From assembly GCF_016433145.1 (NCBI RefSeq), contig NC_058130.1, positions 710,116,708 to 710,180,707 on the forward strand: a DNA stretch of 64,000 nucleotides, read 5' to 3'. This stretch comes from Gracilinanus agilis. Taxonomy: Eukaryota. Below are positions 59,150 through 64,000 of this stretch, piece after piece. The notes beneath the pieces are model-generated. The model was not told the DNA's origin, did no database searches, and was given only the letters and a program-made list of their open reading frames with translations. The position numbers and the translations under genes were made by a program. Numbering within the stretch: position 1 is the first letter of the stretch; each line of letters starts with the position of its first letter.

Positions 59150-59530
59150 TTGTTGTTTTTTTCAGTCGTCTTTTTTTTTTTTAAAGCCCTTACATTCTGT
59201 CTTGGAATTAATACCGTGTATTGGTTCCAAAGCAGAAGGGCTAGGCAATGGGGGTTAAGTGACTTGCCTAGAGTCACACAGCTAGGAAGTGTCTGAGGTC
59301 ACATTTGAACCCAGGACCTCTTATCTATAGGCCTGGCTCTCAAAGCACTGAGCCACCCAGCTGCCCCCTCAGTCATTCAATCTTGTCTGACTCTTGGTGA
59401 CCCTGTTTAGGGTTTTCTTGGCAAAGATACTGGAGTGGTTTGCCATTTCCTTCTTCAGCTCATTTGACAGAAGAGGAACTGAGGCCAACAGGGTTAAGTG
59501 ACTTGCCCAGGGTCACACAGCTAGTGTCTA
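59150..59530 (-). mobile_element. SINE1 nested in the tail of a MAR1 SINE
   Basis: SINE1 about 59170-59368 splits MAR1 (TTTTTCAGTCGT | TCAGTCATTCAATCTTGTCTGACTC...GGAGTGGTTTGCCATTTCC). Confidence 0.8.
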
Positions 59531-60067
59531 AGGCACATTAAAACAATTTTATCTATTTGAAGATGTAACAGGCTTCCTCAAGAAGGTATGATTGCCACTA
59601 CTGGCAATCTTGGTTCATTCACTAAGGAAAAGGAAAGCATTAAATGCCTTCCGTGAGGCAAGGTTCTGTGCTAAGACTGGCCAGATGTTGAGGATACAAA
59701 GTAGAACAAGTACATCTTCCAGGAGCTAGCCTTCTTCTAGGGGAATATATAGGTTAAGTATAAATATAAGATACTTTGAGAAGGAAAATAAGTAACCAAC
59801 CAAAGGATCAACAAAGGTTCCTTGTCAGGGACAAAAATTAAGTGATAAGAATAATGACAATAAAAGTTTCTTGTAGAAGGTGGCTTCAGTGCTGGGGCTT
59901 GTAGGAACCTCAGGTTTTTAAAAGGCAGAGTAAAGAGGGAGAAAGGAGCATTCCAGGAAGGGGTATATATAATTTGTGCTACAGAACAAAGACAGGAAAA
60001 GAACAGTCAGCTTTGGGGGGAAATAAGGTCATCTTGGGCCTAAAGTGTATATGGAAGAATAATGGGA

Positions 60068-60270
60068 AGGGGCAAGCTAGACAGCTCAGTGGAAAGAATG
60101 CCAGGCTTGGGAATGGGAGATTTGGGGTTAGAATTTGACCTCAGATACTTCCTAGCTGTGTGACCCTGGGCAAGTCCCTTAACCCCCATTGCCTAGTCCT
60201 TACTGCTCTAATGCCTTGGAATATATTGATTCTAAGATGGAATATAAGCATTTGTTTTTTTGTTTTGTTT
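60068..60270 (+). mobile_element. SINE1-type SINE, diverged
   Basis: GGGGCAAGCTAGACAGCTCAGTGG...CCCTGGGCAAGTCCCTTAACCCCCATTGCC. Confidence 0.75.
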
Positions 60271-61479
60271 TGTTTTTTAAGTAATGGGAAATAAATCTGT
60301 AGAGATTGACTAGAGCTATTTTGTGAAGGGCTTTAAATGTTAAGCTTGGGTTTCCTGCTGCTGCCAAACAAATCCAAGTCTTCTCCATCCTTATATGTGG
60401 TGGGATTGACTAGGTAAGAACAATTTTTGATTGAATCAAATACTCAAAATTGAGCAATGAATTGTCTGTAAACCTTCTTCAATCAAACAAGGTCATTCTG
60501 TCAGAGACTGGGTCAGCCAGAGATAATTTCTATAAAAGGAAAAAACTATCTCTGAGCTGGAGAGAGATTGTGAAGTTCTGGATTTGAGGGGCTGGAACAA
60601 GCACGACATTTCCAGTATATCTTGGGGGAGCAAAGGGAGAGTGAGATTAGAGTAGTCAAAACGTTTATGAAGCACTTACTAGTTCCAAGTACAGTGATAA
60701 ACATTGGTAATATCAGTGTAAGCTAAAAGAAAGATAGCCCCTGCCCTCAAGGAGATGATATTTGAATGGATATAAAACATAAAGAGGAATTGAAAAGGGA
60801 AGGGGTGCTAAGTGCCCAGTGGAAAAGCAGTTCAAGATTCAGGAGCTAAAAGAGAGCATAGTGCATGGGCATGAGTATTTCTACAAATGGAGGTTCTGAG
60901 GACTCTCTCACCCATCAGAATAGGATAGAAATGTCTCCAGCCTAAGAAAGCTGCTGGGGCAGAGTTGGAAAGTAGTTGGAAAGTGTGGCAGAGAAGAGAG
61001 ATGTCCAGAAATGTCATTGGCTTGCCAGGCATCTTGGAGAGGAGGACACAGGTCAGCTCTGATGCCTGTCTATCCACAGTCAATGTAATATAATTCGCTG
61101 TTCTGTTTCCACTAATCTGAATTTTGCCTCAACCATTAAGAAGCCAGGGGTTACCTAGAGACAGATATGAATGTATTATTAGACAGAAAGTCCAACCTCC
61201 ACTAAGATGTTAAGAATTTTCTTAACTGGTAGTTCAGAGTGATTGGAACTGAATTCAAAACATTTCATATAAAATGAACACCCTAAAGACCAAGAGGGAC
61301 CATAATATTGCTCCATTGACCTAAAATGAACTAATGATTGTAATAAGGTGTTACATTTAAAAACCTTCCCTAGCCACTCCCATCTCTTTGAGTTATCTGG
61401 TATTATAGGATGATCTCTTCCCTTTCTCAATAAAAGTCCTTTAAAAAAAAAAAAAACAACCTATTTACACTAGTTGCTT

Positions 61480-63010
61480 CTCCCTTGTTACAGTGTTAAC
61501 ACACTGGCTTCTCAACCTTTTGCAATTGGTTCCTGATCTCATCAAATGGAAACTGCTCTTCCCAAAGTTACTAATGATTTCTTTACATTATTGCCAAATC
61601 TCTCTCTCCATGTTTCCATGATATTACTCTCTCCTGGTTCTCCTCTTCCTGTCTGACCATTCCTTCTCTGTCTCCTTTGCTGGATCTTTATCCAGTTCAT
61701 GCCTGCTTATGGTAGATATCCTATAGGGTTCTGTCCTAGTCTCTCTTCTGTTCTTCCTCTGTATTATTTCATTTGGTGACCTTATCAGCTTCCATCATCC
61801 TATGCTGATGATCTTCAGATCTACTCATCCAGGCAACCTCTCTCCTAACCTCTAGACTTGCATTATCCACTGTCTAGCAGACATTTCAAACTATGGGTCC
61901 AATTGACACTTTAAACTCAGCATATCCAAAACCAAACTCCATTATTTTTCCTCCAAAGCCCTACCCCCCTTCCAAACTTCCCTATTACTATTGAAGGTAC
62001 CACACTCTTCCCAGTCATCCAGACTCACAACCTAAGTGTCATCCCTGACTCCTCTCTCCCTATATCTCACTATATTCAATCAGTTGCCAAGTCCTATCAA
62101 TTTTACATTTGCAGCATCTCTATTCTGACATAGCTACCATCCTGGTGCAATACTTAATCACCTCCTGCCTGAACTATTACAATAGCCTGCTGGTTGGTCT
62201 CTCTGATTTAAGTCTTTCCCATTCCAGAATACTCTCCACTCATCTGTTAAACTGATCTTCCTAGAGCAAATATCTGACCATTTCAGTCACTTCCTATTCA
62301 ATAAACTTCAGTGGATTCCTCATTATCTCTAGAATCAAATATAAAATCCTCTGTTTGGCATTCAAAGTCCTTCACAATCTGGCCCCTTCTGTCATTTCAG
62401 TTTTCTTACTCCTTGTTCCCCTCTATGGACTTTGCAAAGCATTGACACTGGTTTGCAAACCAGCAGGTTCTTCCTCACAGAAGATATTTCTTCTCATCTC
62501 CAGGCATTCTCTCTGGCTGTCCCCAATTCCTGGAATTCCTTCCCTCCTCATCTCTTCTTCCTGGCTTCCCTGGCTTTCTTCAAATCTCAGCTGAATCTAC
62601 AAAAAAGCTTTCTTGATGCCTCTTGATTCCCTGTCTCTCCTATTGATTTTCTCCAAGTTATAGTTATTTGCACATTGTCTCCTCCATTAGACTGAGCTCC
62701 TTGAAAGTAGGAACTGTCTTTGGCCTTTTTGTAGATCCCCAGCACTTCACATAGAGCCACGTATGTAACAGATGCTCAGTTGACTAAAAAAATCTGATGG
62801 CCTTGTCTCAATGCTCACCCTTTTTGATCTCTTAACAGCATTGGACATTGTTGACCACCCCCTCATCCTAAATATTCTCACCTCTCTAGACACTGCTAGA
62901 CATTGTTCCAGACATTCAAGACATTGCTCTCTCTTGGGTCTCCTTCTAACTGTATGACCATTGATTTTCAATCTCCCTTCCTGGCTTATTATGCAGGTTA
63001 TACTCACTAA
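61480..63010 (+). mobile_element. L2 LINE fragments
   Basis: AATGGAAACTGCTCTTCCCAAAGTTACTAATGA...CCTATGCTGATGATCTTCAGATCTAC (RT YADD region)...ATTAGACTGAGCTCCTTGAAAGTAGG; a second fragment restarts at about 62780. Confidence 0.75.
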
Positions 63011-63043
63011 CTCTGTTTTGGATCCTCTTCTCTCTTCTCTCTT

Positions 63044-63078
<35 letters not shown>

Positions 63079-63129
63079 AAACCTTTATCTTCTGCCTTAG
63101 AATAAATACTAACTATTTGTTCCAAGGCA

Positions 63130-64000
63130 GAAAAGGGAAGAGTTTAGCAAAATTAATAAAATATTTTTAAAATAGAAAATTTATTTAGTATTCCACACCC
63201 ATGATCTTCTTCTTCTACAAAGAAGCAGGTGAAAGTATAGTTTCATATTTCTTGTGTAAAGCTAAGCTTGGTCATTTTAATGTGGAAACTTTCATTTTCA
63301 ATTTTTCTTGTTATTTCTAGCCTTCCAATTGCGTTATTGTCATCCTTGAGTACATAGTTTTCCTGGTTCTGTTTATTTCACTTTGCATCAGTTCATATAA
63401 TTTTTTCCAGGACTTTTCTATATTCATTGTATTCATCCTTTCTTACAGTCTAGTAATATGCCATTATATTAGTGCACCACAATTGGTTTAAATGATTCCC
63501 CAAATAATGAGCATCTATTTTGTTTCAAGTTCTTTAATAATCACCAAAAAAGTACTGCTGTAACTTGGTGCTTATAGGGCTTTTCTTGTTATCCTGACCT
63601 CTTTGAAGTTTAATTCTAGCTATGGAATCTCTAAGTCAAAGGGTAAAGATATTATAGCAACTCTCATTCATAATCCCAAGTTGTTATACAGATTGGTTGA
63701 ATTAATTCACAGCTTTTATTACATTAAAAGGTGCTTATTTCCCCCACAACATTTCCCAAATCAACTCTTCCCATTTTGTGTCATCTTTATCAATTTTCTG
63801 GATGTAATATGAAATCTCAGGGTTGTTTTGCATTTCCTTTATTTTAAGTGAGTTAGACTATTCTCTTATATAGATATTAATAATTTCTAATTCTTTTGAG
63901 AATTGCTTGCTTGGATCTCACCACTATTTGTCTATTGGGAAATAGCTTTTGATCTTATGTATTTGTTAGTTGTCTATATATATTTTGGATAACATAACTT
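63130..64000 (-). mobile_element. L1 3' region (ORF2 end/3' UTR)
   Basis: T-rich reverse complement: GGTTGTTTTGCATTTCCTTTATTTTAAGTGAGTTAGACTATTCTC, TTCTTTTGAGAATTGCTTGC. Confidence 0.7.

Overview
Eukaryotic, intron-containing mammalian DNA. The dominant young SINE resembles the opossum SINE1 family and MAR1-type SINEs are present, so the source is a marsupial, most likely a didelphid opossum (inference from recalled consensus sequences). The window is the gene-dense block syntenic with human 19p13.13: MAN2B1(-), WDR83OS(-), WDR83(+), DHPS(-), GNG14(+), FBXW9(-), TNPO2(-), TRIR(-). I assembled all eight by hand with GT-AG junctions and open frames. The main surprise is an intact three-exon RNF11 paralogue (+, 47292-49529, 166 aa) between TNPO2 and TRIR, where I know of no human gene. 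It keeps the MGNC acylation motif, acidic di-leucine, PPxY and RING-H2, and has a CpG-island promoter, a strong-context uORF and a poly(A) signal. Other notable items: three SNORD41-family C/D snoRNAs in TNPO2 introns that share a guide substitution relative to human; an intact 72-aa G-gamma (GNG14) with a CaaX box; a U12-type first coding intron in TNPO2; the 30-nt alternative acceptor of TNPO2; overlapping convergent 3' ends; and nested L1/CR1/L2/SINE insertions with target-site duplications. Gene names and comparisons with human sequences come from memory, not from a database search.
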